This document shows, piece after piece, positions 1-10,272 of a stretch of 64,000 nt of DNA (positions are counted from its first letter, which is position 1; every line of letters begins with the position of its first letter). The stretch is from a virus. Below the pieces are notes generated by a model, which worked only from the letters and a program-made list of their open reading frames with translations, did no database searches and was not told the origin of the DNA. The DNA is taken from positions 60,178 through 124,177 of IMG/VR virus record IMGVR_UViG_3300017725_000001. One strand, 5' to 3'. The translations under genes and the position numbers were made by a program.

Positions 1-197
1 TATGTACTCTGTTTACCAGTAAGTGGATTCTTATATGGAATTCTGTGTGTTTCACTACCCCAACCTAATATAGAAGGATGATTATCACACATTCGCATAA
101 CTGCAAGTTCCCATCCACTTCTGTACTTTGGAACTCTTTTACCTAAGTATTTAGCTGGGTTACTAGGTGTGTATTGTCCTTGTTGAAATTTTTTCAT
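1..197 (-). CDS. Head completion protein, T4 gp4-like (partial, runs off window start)
   Basis: Manual translation from ATG at 197: MKKFQQGQYTPSNPAKYLGKRVPKYRSGWELAVMRMCDNHPSILGWGSETHRIPYKNPLTGK. The NPxKYxG..YRSxWE..WxSE..IPY motifs are typical of gp4 (TnsA-like) proteins. Not in the ORF track. Confidence 0.8.
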   Translation of the reverse strand, partial: MKKFQQGQYTPSNPAKYLGKRVPKYRSGWELAVMRMCDNHPSILGWGSETHRIPYKNPLTGKQST

Positions 198-210
198 TTA
201 CCTAACCTTA

Positions 211-1092
211 TTATCTTTTAATTGGTGCAGGTACTATATATGATACTCCATTAATGTTTCTAATTGCTTCACCTGTCTTGAGTTTACCTTTAAATCTCTT
301 TAGGTTGTCTGGATTAGAAGTTTCATTAACATCCGGTAACTCTTTTAACTGTTTCTGATTACTAGTTACTTTACCTGTTGTTTTTAAGTCTTCAATATTT
401 TCAGCATCATTTTTATCAACTTCATACTCTGCAAAGTCATCAACTTCTACAAATCCATCATCAGCAGTAGCCGCATTTGCAAATTCTTCTGCTTGTAATA
501 TTTCAGCTTCTGTTGTAGCTTGACCTTCACTTAAAATTTTAAAACCTTCATATGTAAATGTAAGTCTATAAATTGCTGGAGAACTATCTGAATAATCTAA
601 TGTATCAGCATCAATATTTGTAATGTATGGATTATATATTTCAATAACGTTTTCTAGATTTTTTGCATCTTTTCTAGTAATAATTATGCTTCTTATAAAG
701 TTTCTAGATTCAGGAGTTTTAATTCCTTTTGGATTAGTTAAGAATGCACTATAATCGTCGTTGTTTAAAGGACCATCAACATAATGAGCTGTATAGTCTT
801 TTAAAAACTTTTCTAAAACTGCGTCTTTAGTATCATATGCGGTAAGAGTTATAGGAGTATAATCAATACCAGTAAGAACAGTTTTCTTTGCGTTATATGC
901 ATTCAGTGTTTGCGACCTATAAACATAGGTTGGTATCTGCACGTTTGCAATTCTAACAAGACTCAACGGAGTTGGGCTGTCTATATAATTTAATGAAACA
1001 GTAAAAGAATATTTATTTCTTGGTACTGCGTCGATTTCACCTCTTCGCTGATCTTGACTATAGACTTTATATGCTGAGTCGCCGATTGCCAT
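211..1092 (-). CDS. Tail tube-like protein (gp19/gp54-type tube initiator)
   Basis: Tube-fold motifs (PITLTAYD, IYNPYITNIDADTLDYSDS..LTFTYE); directly downstream of the tail tube gene. Confidence 0.6.
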   Translation of the reverse strand: MAIGDSAYKVYSQDQRRGEIDAVPRNKYSFTVSLNYIDSPTPLSLVRIANVQIPTYVYRSQTLNAYNAKKTVLTGIDYTPITLTAYDTKDAVLEKFLKDYTAHYVDGPLNNDDYSAFLTNPKGIKTPESRNFIRSIIITRKDAKNLENVIEIYNPYITNIDADTLDYSDSSPAIYRLTFTYEGFKILSEGQATTEAEILQAEEFANAATADDGFVEVDDFAEYEVDKNDAENIEDLKTTGKVTSNQKQLKELPDVNETSNPDNLKRFKGKLKTGEAIRNINGVSYIVPAPIKR

Positions 1093-1108
1093 CAGTGGTT
1101 CCTATCTG

Positions 1109-1717
1109 TTATCTAGTAGCGCCAGATTGTGCTGAGTCGCTAGATGCAGATTTTTCACTTAATGCGTCGTTACCATCGATTGAATGAACCGCACTATCAT
1201 ATCTTAATTGGATAGTTACTTGGATCATTGTTGAATCTGCATAGTTTAGATCACCGTACTGAACGTTAGCAATATAACAACCTTGCAATTCCCACTTATC
1301 AAATACAGTTGGTGATGTACTACCATTTGCACCATCTAGTGTTTCTAATGTTACACCAAATTTATATGCATTACCTGAAATTGAACTGTGTTGATCTGCA
1401 TGGTCAACTTGTCTATTTAATTGGTTACCAATTTTCTTAATAACATTTGATTTCATGTCATCTCTGAATACGATTGAAATTGGTTCCCAGGCGTGTTTAC
1501 CTGCAAGATACATTTTTGAGTTGTAAGAATCTACTACGACTTCTTCATGTGTCATTGACGGTCTGCCTGCACTAATAACGTTCTGAGTTACTTCATCTGT
1601 TGATGTTGCACCACCAAGATCTTCAAAGGTAACTCTGAACCTATAACTTAATTTAGGCATTAAAGTTGTTCCTGCTGAAGAGTCTGTTGGTACTCCAAAA
1701 TTTGTAATTACAGCCAT
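1109..1717 (-). CDS. Tail tube protein (gp19-like)
   Basis: YRFRVTF, YLAGKHAWEPISIVFRDD, WELQGCYI..YGDLNY..IQLRYD motifs; RBS AGGAGA; follows the sheath gene. Confidence 0.85.
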   Translation of the reverse strand: MAVITNFGVPTDSSAGTTLMPKLSYRFRVTFEDLGGATSTDEVTQNVISAGRPSMTHEEVVVDSYNSKMYLAGKHAWEPISIVFRDDMKSNVIKKIGNQLNRQVDHADQHSSISGNAYKFGVTLETLDGANGSTSPTVFDKWELQGCYIANVQYGDLNYADSTMIQVTIQLRYDSAVHSIDGNDALSEKSASSDSAQSGATR

Positions 1718-1761
1718 TTTATTTCTCCTATATACTACTGTAGTATTGTTTATCTTATATT

Positions 1762-1769
1762 GTATTTAT
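1762..1769 (-). promoter_or_regulatory. T4-type late promoter (ATAAATAC), representative copy
   Basis: Same 8-mer at 2934, 5503, 6320, 8390, 13144(+), 21558, 21571, 27579, 32532, 37628, 47460, 51440(+), 51462 and 53120, mostly just upstream of gene starts. Resembles T4 TATAAATA; a gp55-like gene is present. Confidence 0.75.
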
Positions 1770-1788
1770 CAAATCAGTGTTCAAAAAG

Positions 1789-1813
1789 ATAGGCTTCAGT
1801 AAAAGAAGCCTAT
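1789..1813. terminator. Intrinsic terminator hairpin
   Basis: ataggcttc-loop-gaagcctat inverted repeat flanked by A/T runs. Confidence 0.6.
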
Positions 1814-1867
1814 TTTTAGGTAATTTGACAGGCTACTAGTTGTAACCTGCCAAATTGTGTAATAATA

Positions 1868-2182
1868 TTATGCTAAAAATCCGTATGTAGGGAAGGACTC
1901 GTGATCCATTCCTAATCTACCCGGAGTATCGCCAAGATCAATGCCAGCGTCTAGTATGTATTGTCTAAATGCTAGTCTTGCATCTTCGTCGTCAAAATCA
2001 TATCTTACCCATACTGATCCTTCATATAATTTATATGAAACATATACAGTACCTACTGATTCAGGTTTTCCTGCTACTGCATTTGTGATTGTAGTAAATG
2101 CAGGAGATGCTTTAAAAGCGTCAACTGATGCGTGAGGATTACCTGGGGCTTTTCTGATTCTAAATCTAAATTCATCGGCCAT
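1868..2182 (-). CDS. Hypothetical protein
   Basis: 104 aa ORF with AGGAGA RBS, coupled to the upstream oxygenase. Confidence 0.7.
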   Translation of the reverse strand: MADEFRFRIRKAPGNPHASVDAFKASPAFTTITNAVAGKPESVGTVYVSYKLYEGSVWVRYDFDDEDARLAFRQYILDAGIDLGDTPGRLGMDHESFPTYGFLA

Positions 2183-2193
2183 TTTAGTTCTCC

Positions 2194-2862
2194 TTAGTTT
2201 CTTGCACAGTCAACACCCTTACGGTCTGTTGCTGGGTGAGCATATGGTAATTTGTCTAATAACCATTCTACTGTGTTTGCACGTAAATTGTCATCGAGAC
2301 TTAATGCACACGATAAGTGATATACACCATCAACAAAAGAAAATCCATAATGAACTTTTCTTGTGTTAATTGCATACCATCTACGTGCTTCTGGTTTGAA
2401 AATTTTACCGTCAACTACAAAATGAAATTCTGCAGAATTAGTATGATTTAAATGGCAAATCATTCTAAATGAATCGCCTGTTATTCCGTCTGGAGTTACT
2501 TGTCTCCACTTATCTCTATGTGGTGCAAGATAATCACCTTTGTTGTAAATTAAACAACCTAGTGATTCTGTGTGTGCTGGTAAATCCCAATTTTCTGGAA
2601 TTACACTATATTCATGACCTTCTTTAGGACCATTATAATCGCCACTTACACGAGAACGTAGAATTTTTGCTGGGTCAGCATTCATAGCATCAATTTGCTC
2701 GACTGCGTTGTTAGGTACCCACGCATCTAATTCAATGATGTCACCTGCTGAACCAAAAAGGAAGTTTGTATCAAACGCCATATCAGTTGTCTTCGCTGGA
2801 TTAAAAGTTAATCCTTCAGAAACTGGAGTAGCGATGATTTTGTTTTGTTCTATTTTTACCAT
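2194..2862 (-). CDS. 2OG-Fe(II) oxygenase, Asp/Asn beta-hydroxylase-like
   Basis: HRD...H facial triad and GRWY-like (RRWYAINTRKVH) strand. Start reassigned to ATG 2862 (AAGGA RBS). Confidence 0.65.
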   Translation of the reverse strand: MVKIEQNKIIATPVSEGLTFNPAKTTDMAFDTNFLFGSAGDIIELDAWVPNNAVEQIDAMNADPAKILRSRVSGDYNGPKEGHEYSVIPENWDLPAHTESLGCLIYNKGDYLAPHRDKWRQVTPDGITGDSFRMICHLNHTNSAEFHFVVDGKIFKPEARRWYAINTRKVHYGFSFVDGVYHLSCALSLDDNLRANTVEWLLDKLPYAHPATDRKGVDCARN

Positions 2863-2962
2863 GGTATTGTCCTTTTTAATTTTTAAAAAAAACTGTAGTC
2901 CATCTGAACTACAATGCATTGCAATTTGCATTAGTATTTATCAGAAAGTACTAAAAGAAAAA

Positions 2963-2986
2963 GGCTACTATTAAAAAATAGTAGCC
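2963..2986 (-). terminator. Intrinsic terminator after tail sheath gene
   Basis: ggctactatt-aaaa-aatagtagcc stem with a T-run on the minus strand. Confidence 0.7.
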
Positions 2987-3013
2987 CTTTAATTTATTAT
3001 TGTAAGTGTCTTA

Positions 3014-5443
3014 TTAGCTTAATTCGCCAGTGTTTACAATTCTAATTGGAATGTAAATAAACTCTGCCGCTTTAGTTGGCTCAATAGCAACATCAATGTA
3101 AAATTCATTGGCGTCTATTCTAGCCGGCGTATTGTTTGTTGTATCACAAACTACTGCAAAGTCATATATTCCACGTTGTTGTAAAATATTAGCTAGGAAA
3201 CCGTCAAATACTTGTTTAGCATTTGCTCTAGTACTAGTATCATTTGGCTCAAACAAGAACGGTCTTGAAATAACTGCAAAACGTTCTCTTAGGTAAGCTG
3301 TTAATCTAGCAACATTAACTCTGTCTAATGCTGAGGCACTCGCGTGTAATGATTTTTGTCCAAATACTACAACACCTTCTGCAGGAAATTTAGCTATTGG
3401 GTTTAATTTTTTATCATACATTGAGTCTCTTTGACCTTGAGTTACTGCTAGTGACACAAACTCATCTTCGCTATTTAAGTATCCAACATTTGATGCATTT
3501 TGTACAACACCACGTGTTAGACCAGCTGGTGCAAACCATTGAAATGATACATTGTCACTATACGCATAAGTGTATAATGCAATGTGTGATGCTGGTGCTA
3601 CAACGTTATCACCTGTTACAGGATTAGTTGTGTATGCGTGTGGATAATAAACTGCTGAGTAAGTATTCTTTGTTACTAGGCCGTTTTCACCATTTGTAGT
3701 TGCGCCTGTTCCTTGAATCCAAGATACTGCTTCTGTTGGATTTAAACGGAATGGTGCATCAACAATGATAAATGCAGTTTCATCTCTATTACTGTTCAAT
3801 GAAACCATTTCATCATATAGTTCAGGATAACCTGGTGCCGCAAGTAAACGGAATTGAATTGTATCTTGTTGTAGTTCACTTACACCTGCCGAAGCCTGCA
3901 TAGCTGTTACTACTACTTTTCTTTGTGCAATTCTACCAAATGAACCACTGCCATCTGCTTGATTACCTGCTTTGTTTCTCCATTTCCAAGTTGTAGTTAG
4001 AGCTGAATTATATTCTCTAACTGTTCCACCTGATCTACACATATTAAGTCCAGTAATTCCTACTGGGTGTGTTAATGGATCTGGTGCACCTGCTAATAGA
4101 GTTGCTTCAAATGCGCCTGCTGTCGTATCATTTGCAGTAATATCTCCAAATACTACGCCTGCCGCAGTTGATTGATCTGCTTTATCTTTTGCTACCCAAG
4201 CAGTACCATTGTGTCTGTAAATTACAGGATACCCTGAAGCATCTGTATCTATCCAATAGTCACCTGCTGATAAAGAACCGCCTGAACCATCTGTTGTTGG
4301 TGCAGTTGTAACGTATTGTACGTCTGATGCTCTTTGCCATTTTTGTGTTCCTGAATCGCTTACTACTTCGTAAACTGCTAATTCATTTACATCTGGGTCA
4401 AACCATAGTGTACCATTTACTGGTGCACCTACTGGTTCTGTTGTTTTAACTTCCATTACATAACCGCCAGTTGCTACTGATGGATCTGTTGCAACCTGAT
4501 CAAAACCATTTCCAATACTATCATATCTGTTTAAGATTAATGATGCATCAGTTGAAGAAATATCCATCCAGATATCTCCATCAATTAATGTTCTTGCAGT
4601 TGCTGAAGTACCGTCTGCAAATACATCCGAAGTTGTACCTGCCGGTGCTGTGTCTTGTACATAAACTACACTTTGTTTAACAAAGTTACCTGCTGATGTT
4701 GTAAATAATTGAACGTCTAAGTCCAATCCACCACCTGGTTTTGTAGTTTTAATCCAAACGTCACCATCTGATGGTGAACTTGGTGCTGAATAGTGTGGTG
4801 CCATTGTTGGGCCAAAGTTATCAACCCATGCTCCGCCACTAGCCGCAAAATATTTTATTGTTGTTCCAGCTGAACCATTTTCTAATACAACGTGATATCC
4901 ACCTGTTACTACTGACGCAGTAGGTGCACCACTTGATGTAATTTCAACTGTTGGAGTTTGTTCTTCCCAAGCAGTATTTGCAGTACTATACTTCCAAATA
5001 CCAAATGATGAAGTTGAAGGTTTAATCCAGTATGTTAAATTTGCTGGATCTCCTGTTGGCTCTGATGAAGCCGGTCTTAATTCATTTAAATCAACATCTG
5101 CACGTGAGATGTATGCCGCTGAGGCTTGACCTAAGAATGAGTATGCCGCTAATAAACCATATTCGTTAGTTTCATCACCTTGTTGTACTGTTCCACTTAC
5201 CTTACGGAAGTCAACATTACCAAAGTATTGAGTTAATTCTCTCTGTGATGTAACTAATATTGGCTTGTTTGCATTAGCAGACTTTGTATATTTCGCTATG
5301 CCGTCTGACTCAGTAAGGGTTGGATCAACCTTGTCCTGACCAGTGGCAATAAACAACATTGGAACCGTACCAGCGCCTGCTGGGCCGTATACTGATTCGT
5401 CTGTTACTGTTACCTGTACGCCAGGTGAAACAAGATTTGCCAT
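3014..5443 (-). CDS. Tail sheath protein (gp18-like)
   Basis: N-terminal LVSPGVQV; C-terminal WFAPAGLTRG, LDRVNVARL, FEPND, EFIYIPI motifs; central insertion with PxxGDxW repeats. Confidence 0.95.
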   Translation of the reverse strand: MANLVSPGVQVTVTDESVYGPAGAGTVPMLFIATGQDKVDPTLTESDGIAKYTKSANANKPILVTSQRELTQYFGNVDFRKVSGTVQQGDETNEYGLLAAYSFLGQASAAYISRADVDLNELRPASSEPTGDPANLTYWIKPSTSSFGIWKYSTANTAWEEQTPTVEITSSGAPTASVVTGGYHVVLENGSAGTTIKYFAASGGAWVDNFGPTMAPHYSAPSSPSDGDVWIKTTKPGGGLDLDVQLFTTSAGNFVKQSVVYVQDTAPAGTTSDVFADGTSATARTLIDGDIWMDISSTDASLILNRYDSIGNGFDQVATDPSVATGGYVMEVKTTEPVGAPVNGTLWFDPDVNELAVYEVVSDSGTQKWQRASDVQYVTTAPTTDGSGGSLSAGDYWIDTDASGYPVIYRHNGTAWVAKDKADQSTAAGVVFGDITANDTTAGAFEATLLAGAPDPLTHPVGITGLNMCRSGGTVREYNSALTTTWKWRNKAGNQADGSGSFGRIAQRKVVVTAMQASAGVSELQQDTIQFRLLAAPGYPELYDEMVSLNSNRDETAFIIVDAPFRLNPTEAVSWIQGTGATTNGENGLVTKNTYSAVYYPHAYTTNPVTGDNVVAPASHIALYTYAYSDNVSFQWFAPAGLTRGVVQNASNVGYLNSEDEFVSLAVTQGQRDSMYDKKLNPIAKFPAEGVVVFGQKSLHASASALDRVNVARLTAYLRERFAVISRPFLFEPNDTSTRANAKQVFDGFLANILQQRGIYDFAVVCDTTNNTPARIDANEFYIDVAIEPTKAAEFIYIPIRIVNTGELS

Positions 5444-5546
5444 GATATGCTCCTTTTTAAAATATTAGATTATTCTAATTGTTTAGTAATCTCTTATATG
5501 TAGTATTTATTTAAAATCGTGTAAAAACCCCGGTTACAGAGTTAAA

Positions 5547-6299
5547 TTATGTTTTAATTGTGCTTAATAGACGATCAAAACTACGACAAATTAGATCTTC
5601 AAACCCTTCTCCCCAATGACCGTGAACGATCATGTGTATTCTATTTTTATCACTATTGTTAATGACTGAATGATGCCTACCTACGTCTATTCCTCTTACA
5701 TCTCCGGGTTTCCACGGAACTAGTCCTGCGTCTTGCATGGCAAACTCTACACCGTCTGGGTTTGTTATTGCTATATTGAATGCGGCTAATTTTCTTTGTT
5801 TAAAATCTACGTGTGGTTTTATATAACCATTTGGTTCTAACAACATAAATCTACATCTGTGTAACTTCTCAAATGGCCATTTCTTTAACCACTCTACAGT
5901 TACAGGACATTGATCAGCTATATCGGTCCAATCAAATGGTGGACTGTCTTCTTTTGTAAATACTCCTTGTTCTATATAAGCATCTGGTGAATCAGTATAT
6001 TGAGAACCTTGTCCATGTACTGCAATACTTGCCCAACCAGGATGTATATCTCCTCTATGTTTAATATATCTATCTAATAATGCTTCAGCTTCTTTAGCTA
6101 CTTCTTTATGTGGAAATTCTATATCAAGTAATAATGTAGGACAATTTGATTCAGTCATAATCCATTTACAATAGTCACGTTTTACTCGTGGATGTTCTTG
6201 CCATCCAACAAAATAATCTGGTACTGGTTTTAAAAATTGATAATGTTGATACTGTTTACAATCGTTAATAAAGTCTTTAACTTTAGTTAAGTTGTCCAT
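5547..6299 (-). CDS. Asp/Asn beta-hydroxylase-like 2OG-Fe(II) oxygenase
   Basis: RCRFMLLEPNGYIKPHVD..HSVINNSDKNRIHMI is the classic AspH-family motif set. Confidence 0.8.
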   Translation of the reverse strand: MDNLTKVKDFINDCKQYQHYQFLKPVPDYFVGWQEHPRVKRDYCKWIMTESNCPTLLLDIEFPHKEVAKEAEALLDRYIKHRGDIHPGWASIAVHGQGSQYTDSPDAYIEQGVFTKEDSPPFDWTDIADQCPVTVEWLKKWPFEKLHRCRFMLLEPNGYIKPHVDFKQRKLAAFNIAITNPDGVEFAMQDAGLVPWKPGDVRGIDVGRHHSVINNSDKNRIHMIVHGHWGEGFEDLICRSFDRLLSTIKT

Positions 6300-6323
6300 A
6301 CTATAAATCCTTCTTTATAGTAT

Positions 6324-6962
6324 TTATTCTATAATTTTACTGATTGTCTGTGTTTTAAATGATTCTAATGTTGAGTTATTATCTAATTGTAAATCGAAAT
6401 CCCAACCTGCCCAGCTCCATTCACTTTTGTGTACATCTGGATAATTTGATTTCATACTATCTACCATATTTGATTTCTTTTTGTAGTTAGCATGATTTAG
6501 CTCTGAAGCATTGTGCCACCATTCTGGTTTTTCTTCTCTCCATACTACTACAGTTCGGCCACCCATGTTTTGAATTGCATCAAGTTCATTAAAAAATCTA
6601 CAATCACTTATAACTACATTTTTTTCTGTCTGTTGTACTTGTCTTTCACAAGCCGCTACCCATATGTCTGGATGAAAATGTGTTCTTAATACATCTGTAC
6701 CAACATACTGAAGTGCATAACGTGGTGTAAAGTTAGGTATATCTAAACGTTTACTCCACCATTCATCTGTTTGTTCTCTAAATGCTCTACTTTCAGTGGT
6801 GTTGCCTTCTAGAAGTATTCTATCCCAACCAAATATATTAGCACAGGCATCTTTTAATACTCCAGCAAAACTTACTCTTTGAAATCCTTCTTCAATTAGG
6901 AATCCTGCGGCTGTATCTTTTCCATGACCAATAAGGCCACATATACCTATTACTTTTTTCAT
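6324..6962 (-). CDS. Deoxynucleoside monophosphate kinase (T4 gp1-like)
   Basis: GLIGHGKDT P-loop, SFAGVLKD, TPRYALQYVGT, ISDCRFFNE, HKSE motifs. Confidence 0.9.
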   Translation of the reverse strand: MKKVIGICGLIGHGKDTAAGFLIEEGFQRVSFAGVLKDACANIFGWDRILLEGNTTESRAFREQTDEWWSKRLDIPNFTPRYALQYVGTDVLRTHFHPDIWVAACERQVQQTEKNVVISDCRFFNELDAIQNMGGRTVVVWREEKPEWWHNASELNHANYKKKSNMVDSMKSNYPDVHKSEWSWAGWDFDLQLDNNSTLESFKTQTISKIIE

Positions 6963-6968
6963 ACTATT

Positions 6969-6997
6969 ATTATAATGAGTTTTGGGTTAATTGTCAA
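6969..6997 (-). promoter_or_regulatory. Sigma70-type promoter for dNMP kinase
   Basis: TTGACA-17 nt-TATAAT exact consensus. Confidence 0.8.
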
Positions 6998-7619
6998 TCA
7001 CAAAGTTTTTATTTTTTAGTTTTTCTACTACGTTTTCAAACTTTTCTCCTAAGACTTTAATTCTTAGGTATATTCTCTCTCTAGATATCTTTGGAACACC
7101 ATGTACAATCATTCCGTTGAAAAGGGTAGGGTGTTTATTACTATAGTAATGGTTGTATTCTATGTCTTCGTCAGTCCAACCTCTTTTTTCATAGTTTACA
7201 TTACGTTCTGGTTCTTGACCTTCTCTACTATAAAAACTAATTGGCTCACCTGCATCTTCTGGCTCAATAGGAAACATTATACCACACCACATATAATGAT
7301 CAGTATGTGGATGAAATGAGTATCCTGGATCATAATGTAGTAAATCAATATCACGTGGAGCAATGGGTTGTGCAAAATTAAACATATCCACATATTTTTT
7401 CACTACAGGATATTCTAGTAAATCTTTACCTTCAGTTTTTTGAACTGCAATAGCATTCATACCATCACGTCCTTTAAATTCTCTTTTTTCTGGAGATAGA
7501 TATTGCATATAATCACCAAATTGCATTATGTTATGTCTATGTTGATTTACAAATTCTAATAACTCATTACGGTCATACGTAATCTCATCTATAGTACAGT
7601 GGTATTTGCCTAATTGCAT
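6987..7619 (-). CDS. 2OG-Fe(II) oxygenase-like protein
   Basis: HPHTD...HGV....RIYLRI double-stranded beta-helix motifs. Confidence 0.6.
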   Translation of the reverse strand: MQLGKYHCTIDEITYDRNELLEFVNQHRHNIMQFGDYMQYLSPEKREFKGRDGMNAIAVQKTEGKDLLEYPVVKKYVDMFNFAQPIAPRDIDLLHYDPGYSFHPHTDHYMWCGIMFPIEPEDAGEPISFYSREGQEPERNVNYEKRGWTDEDIEYNHYYSNKHPTLFNGMIVHGVPKISRERIYLRIKVLGEKFENVVEKLKNKNFVIDN

Positions 7620-7623
7620 TTGA

Positions 7624-8364
7624 TTATCCTATTACAAAACCTAAACCTGTACTACCATCGTTGTATAATGTTAGTTCAGTTTCAAGTTTATCAATCTCAG
7701 CCTGTGCATCAGCTCTTAATTGATCTGCGTTCATTGTAGTTCCACCTTGTGGACCTGCTATTTGAGTAAACTTACCTCTTGCTTCTGATAAAATCATCTT
7801 AGCATGAGCAAAGGCATAGTCTTTTAGCCAAGGACTTGCATAAGTGTCTTCTAATAAACTTTCAGTTGGTCTGTAATTGTAACAATGCAGAACTGCATTG
7901 TCATCTGCTTTAATTTTTCTATGTAGGATTAACTTTTTATCTTGAGGTCTCCAAGTAAACAATAATTCTGCACCAAAAAGTCTACCCATTGTTTCTCTAT
8001 TTTGTTGTAAAAAATCAAAACTTGATAATCCACCATTACGTGTACTACCTAATAGGTATGTATTTAGATACGCCGCTTGGAAAGGCTCAATATCGTTACC
8101 AGTACCACTGCTTACGCCTGTTGTACGTCTGTAAATGTCTTTAACTTCCATTACTTCTTCTGGTAATGTGTATTCTGCTTGACCTTCAATCATTTCAAGA
8201 ATCATTAGACTCTCTTCAACTGCATTTTCTGCACGTTGACGGTATTTTTGTAATGACTTGTTTATTGCTAGTTCATAATGTTCCGGATCTAGCTCAACAT
8301 CAATCATTCCTCCACCCATACGAAGTTCTATTTCTTTTTGAAGTTTGTTAAATGCATTCGCCAT
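7624..8364 (-). CDS. Neck protein (gp13-like)
   Basis: RMGGGMIDVELD, WLKDYA..K...ARGKF..IAGPQGG..NAD, C-terminal FVIG. Confidence 0.85.
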   Translation of the reverse strand: MANAFNKLQKEIELRMGGGMIDVELDPEHYELAINKSLQKYRQRAENAVEESLMILEMIEGQAEYTLPEEVMEVKDIYRRTTGVSSGTGNDIEPFQAAYLNTYLLGSTRNGGLSSFDFLQQNRETMGRLFGAELLFTWRPQDKKLILHRKIKADDNAVLHCYNYRPTESLLEDTYASPWLKDYAFAHAKMILSEARGKFTQIAGPQGGTTMNADQLRADAQAEIDKLETELTLYNDGSTGLGFVIG

Positions 8365-8403
8365 ATGTTAGTTTCTCCTACTACGTATTGTATTTATCAG
8401 ATT

Positions 8404-9711
8404 TTACTTATCGTAGCAGGCTAATAGGATGGTCTCGTTGTTAATTCTACCGTTTAGTTTGGTTTGAGTTGTTTTGAGAGTCTCAAATTGCTTCTCAAAC
8501 TTATGTCTAGTAGCTTTTTTGATTTCTGGTAAGAATTCACTTGGTTTTCGTAGTGTCATTTGTATACTTTTGGTCTCATCATAACCTGTTATTGTAGTTC
8601 CTTTAACACTTAACCCTGTACCAGGTCTTCTAGCATTAAGTGGGTCTACATTTTTAGCATAATAAGCTCCTAGCTTACGATTCTTTGTATTAAACACTAC
8701 TAAGATACGTGTATAAGGTATATTACTAGGTTCTACACTAGCCAAACCATGTGTTGTATCGCTTTGTTTAAATTTAAGTTTTTTAACAATGTCTTCTGGA
8801 CTTTTTAATCTAACTTTACGTGTTTTACGATTAGCTTTTCCTTCAGCTTCTAGTATATCACAAGCATCAACGATTTTTCTAAAACATTGTAGAGCTAATT
8901 TTTTTTGTTTACTATCTAAATGGTCATATCCTTCTTGTAACTGTTCTGCAATGTCTTTTTCTTTTTCATCCATTTTATCAAGTTGAGCTTTTGTAGGAGG
9001 ACTATTTAAATCTTCCATTTCTTGCAACCCAGGAGTATAGTAATTTCTTATAATTCTAGCATGAGCTGTTTTTACACCCAGTCTACGAAACAGTTTAGCT
9101 GGATCAAAATCGTCTAATGCTTTTTTATCATAATTAGTATACCAACTATCTAAAAATTCTTCAATAGGCAATGTCATTTCTAAAGAAGCATGATGAAGAC
9201 GGTCTTGTATACTAGGCTGTTTCTTTATAGCCAGTTTACGTTCTTCTTCAGCTTTCTGTTTTTCTGCTTCTTCTACTTTTTCTTCTCCATCTATCATTGC
9301 TTTTTTAATTTGTTTATGTAAAAAATCAGATGTGGGTTGCATTTTACCCATTGTACCTGGTAAACTATCCCAATACTGATCTTCTTTTTCATTATAATCC
9401 GGTTTACCTAATGTCAACTGTCTACAATTATAACCTACTACTGCTGATAGGTGAACTGCACCTGCTTTAGCTTTACGAATATGTTGCTTATCATATCCAT
9501 TAGCCAACATCCAAGGCCAAATGTGTTCTTGTAGTTCACTAGTTTTATAATGTTCATAATACCAGCTATTAGCTGAACTAGATGCTCGATGAAATTGTTC
9601 ACCAGACCATTCTTCCCAACCATCCCATTTAGGTTCTTGTAGTTTAGATTTAGGTGTGCGATATACTGAAGCTCTTGGCTTCTTTCTTTTCGCGGACTTT
9701 AATAGTCCCAT
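8404..9711 (-). CDS. Hypothetical protein (basic, 435 aa)
   Basis: Long ORF with AAGGAG RBS; no recognised catalytic motif. Confidence 0.75.
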   Translation of the reverse strand: MGLLKSAKRKKPRASVYRTPKSKLQEPKWDGWEEWSGEQFHRASSSANSWYYEHYKTSELQEHIWPWMLANGYDKQHIRKAKAGAVHLSAVVGYNCRQLTLGKPDYNEKEDQYWDSLPGTMGKMQPTSDFLHKQIKKAMIDGEEKVEEAEKQKAEEERKLAIKKQPSIQDRLHHASLEMTLPIEEFLDSWYTNYDKKALDDFDPAKLFRRLGVKTAHARIIRNYYTPGLQEMEDLNSPPTKAQLDKMDEKEKDIAEQLQEGYDHLDSKQKKLALQCFRKIVDACDILEAEGKANRKTRKVRLKSPEDIVKKLKFKQSDTTHGLASVEPSNIPYTRILVVFNTKNRKLGAYYAKNVDPLNARRPGTGLSVKGTTITGYDETKSIQMTLRKPSEFLPEIKKATRHKFEKQFETLKTTQTKLNGRINNETILLACYDK

Positions 9712-9727
9712 CAGAAATCTCCTTTAG

Positions 9728-9922
9728 TTATTTTTTGTATATATCATCTTTGGCAGAAAAATGGTTGTTTACGTCTAAATCTTGCAATTCTCGGTCAATC
9801 ATGGATGATACATGACCAGCAAGTGTGGACCATTTAGTTACTAAGATGTTTGCGAATTCTTGTTTGCTTTCGTGATCTAAACGAGCAATAGCTTCAACTA
9901 CTTCTTCAGGTTGGAGTTTCAT
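9728..9922 (-). CDS. Hypothetical protein
   Basis: 64 aa, translationally coupled (TAATG) to the upstream ORF. Confidence 0.6.
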   Translation of the reverse strand: MKLQPEEVVEAIARLDHESKQEFANILVTKWSTLAGHVSSMIDRELQDLDVNNHFSAKDDIYKK

Positions 9923-10272
9923 TATACTACCTCTTGGAAACCTAAACTAGCAACAACGTGTTTGTTACCTTCAGGATCAACAACAATATCACCTACTGAA
10001 GTTGAATACATAGGGTGAAGTCTTTCAATATTTTCTTCTGGACCAATATTACCTACTTCAAATACACCTTCAAGACCTTTTTCAGTTGTAATATTTGAAA
10101 CGTGTGTATAATAACCTTTGTCAAATGCTTCTTTAGCAATTGATGAAGTATTATCTCTAGCGAAAGACATATCAAGTTTAAGTTTATGCTTTTCTACAGA
10201 ATTATGACCTTCAGCATTAATTTTATCATGCTCTGCTTTTGTAACGTGAATTTGAAAAAGTTTATATTTCAT
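9922..10272 (-). CDS. Hypothetical protein, YodL-like C-terminus
   Basis: STSVGDIVV...SLGF motif; AAGGAG RBS; sigma70 promoter upstream. Confidence 0.55.
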   Translation of the reverse strand: MKYKLFQIHVTKAEHDKINAEGHNSVEKHKLKLDMSFARDNTSSIAKEAFDKGYYTHVSNITTEKGLEGVFEVGNIGPEENIERLHPMYSTSVGDIVVDPEGNKHVVASLGFQEVV

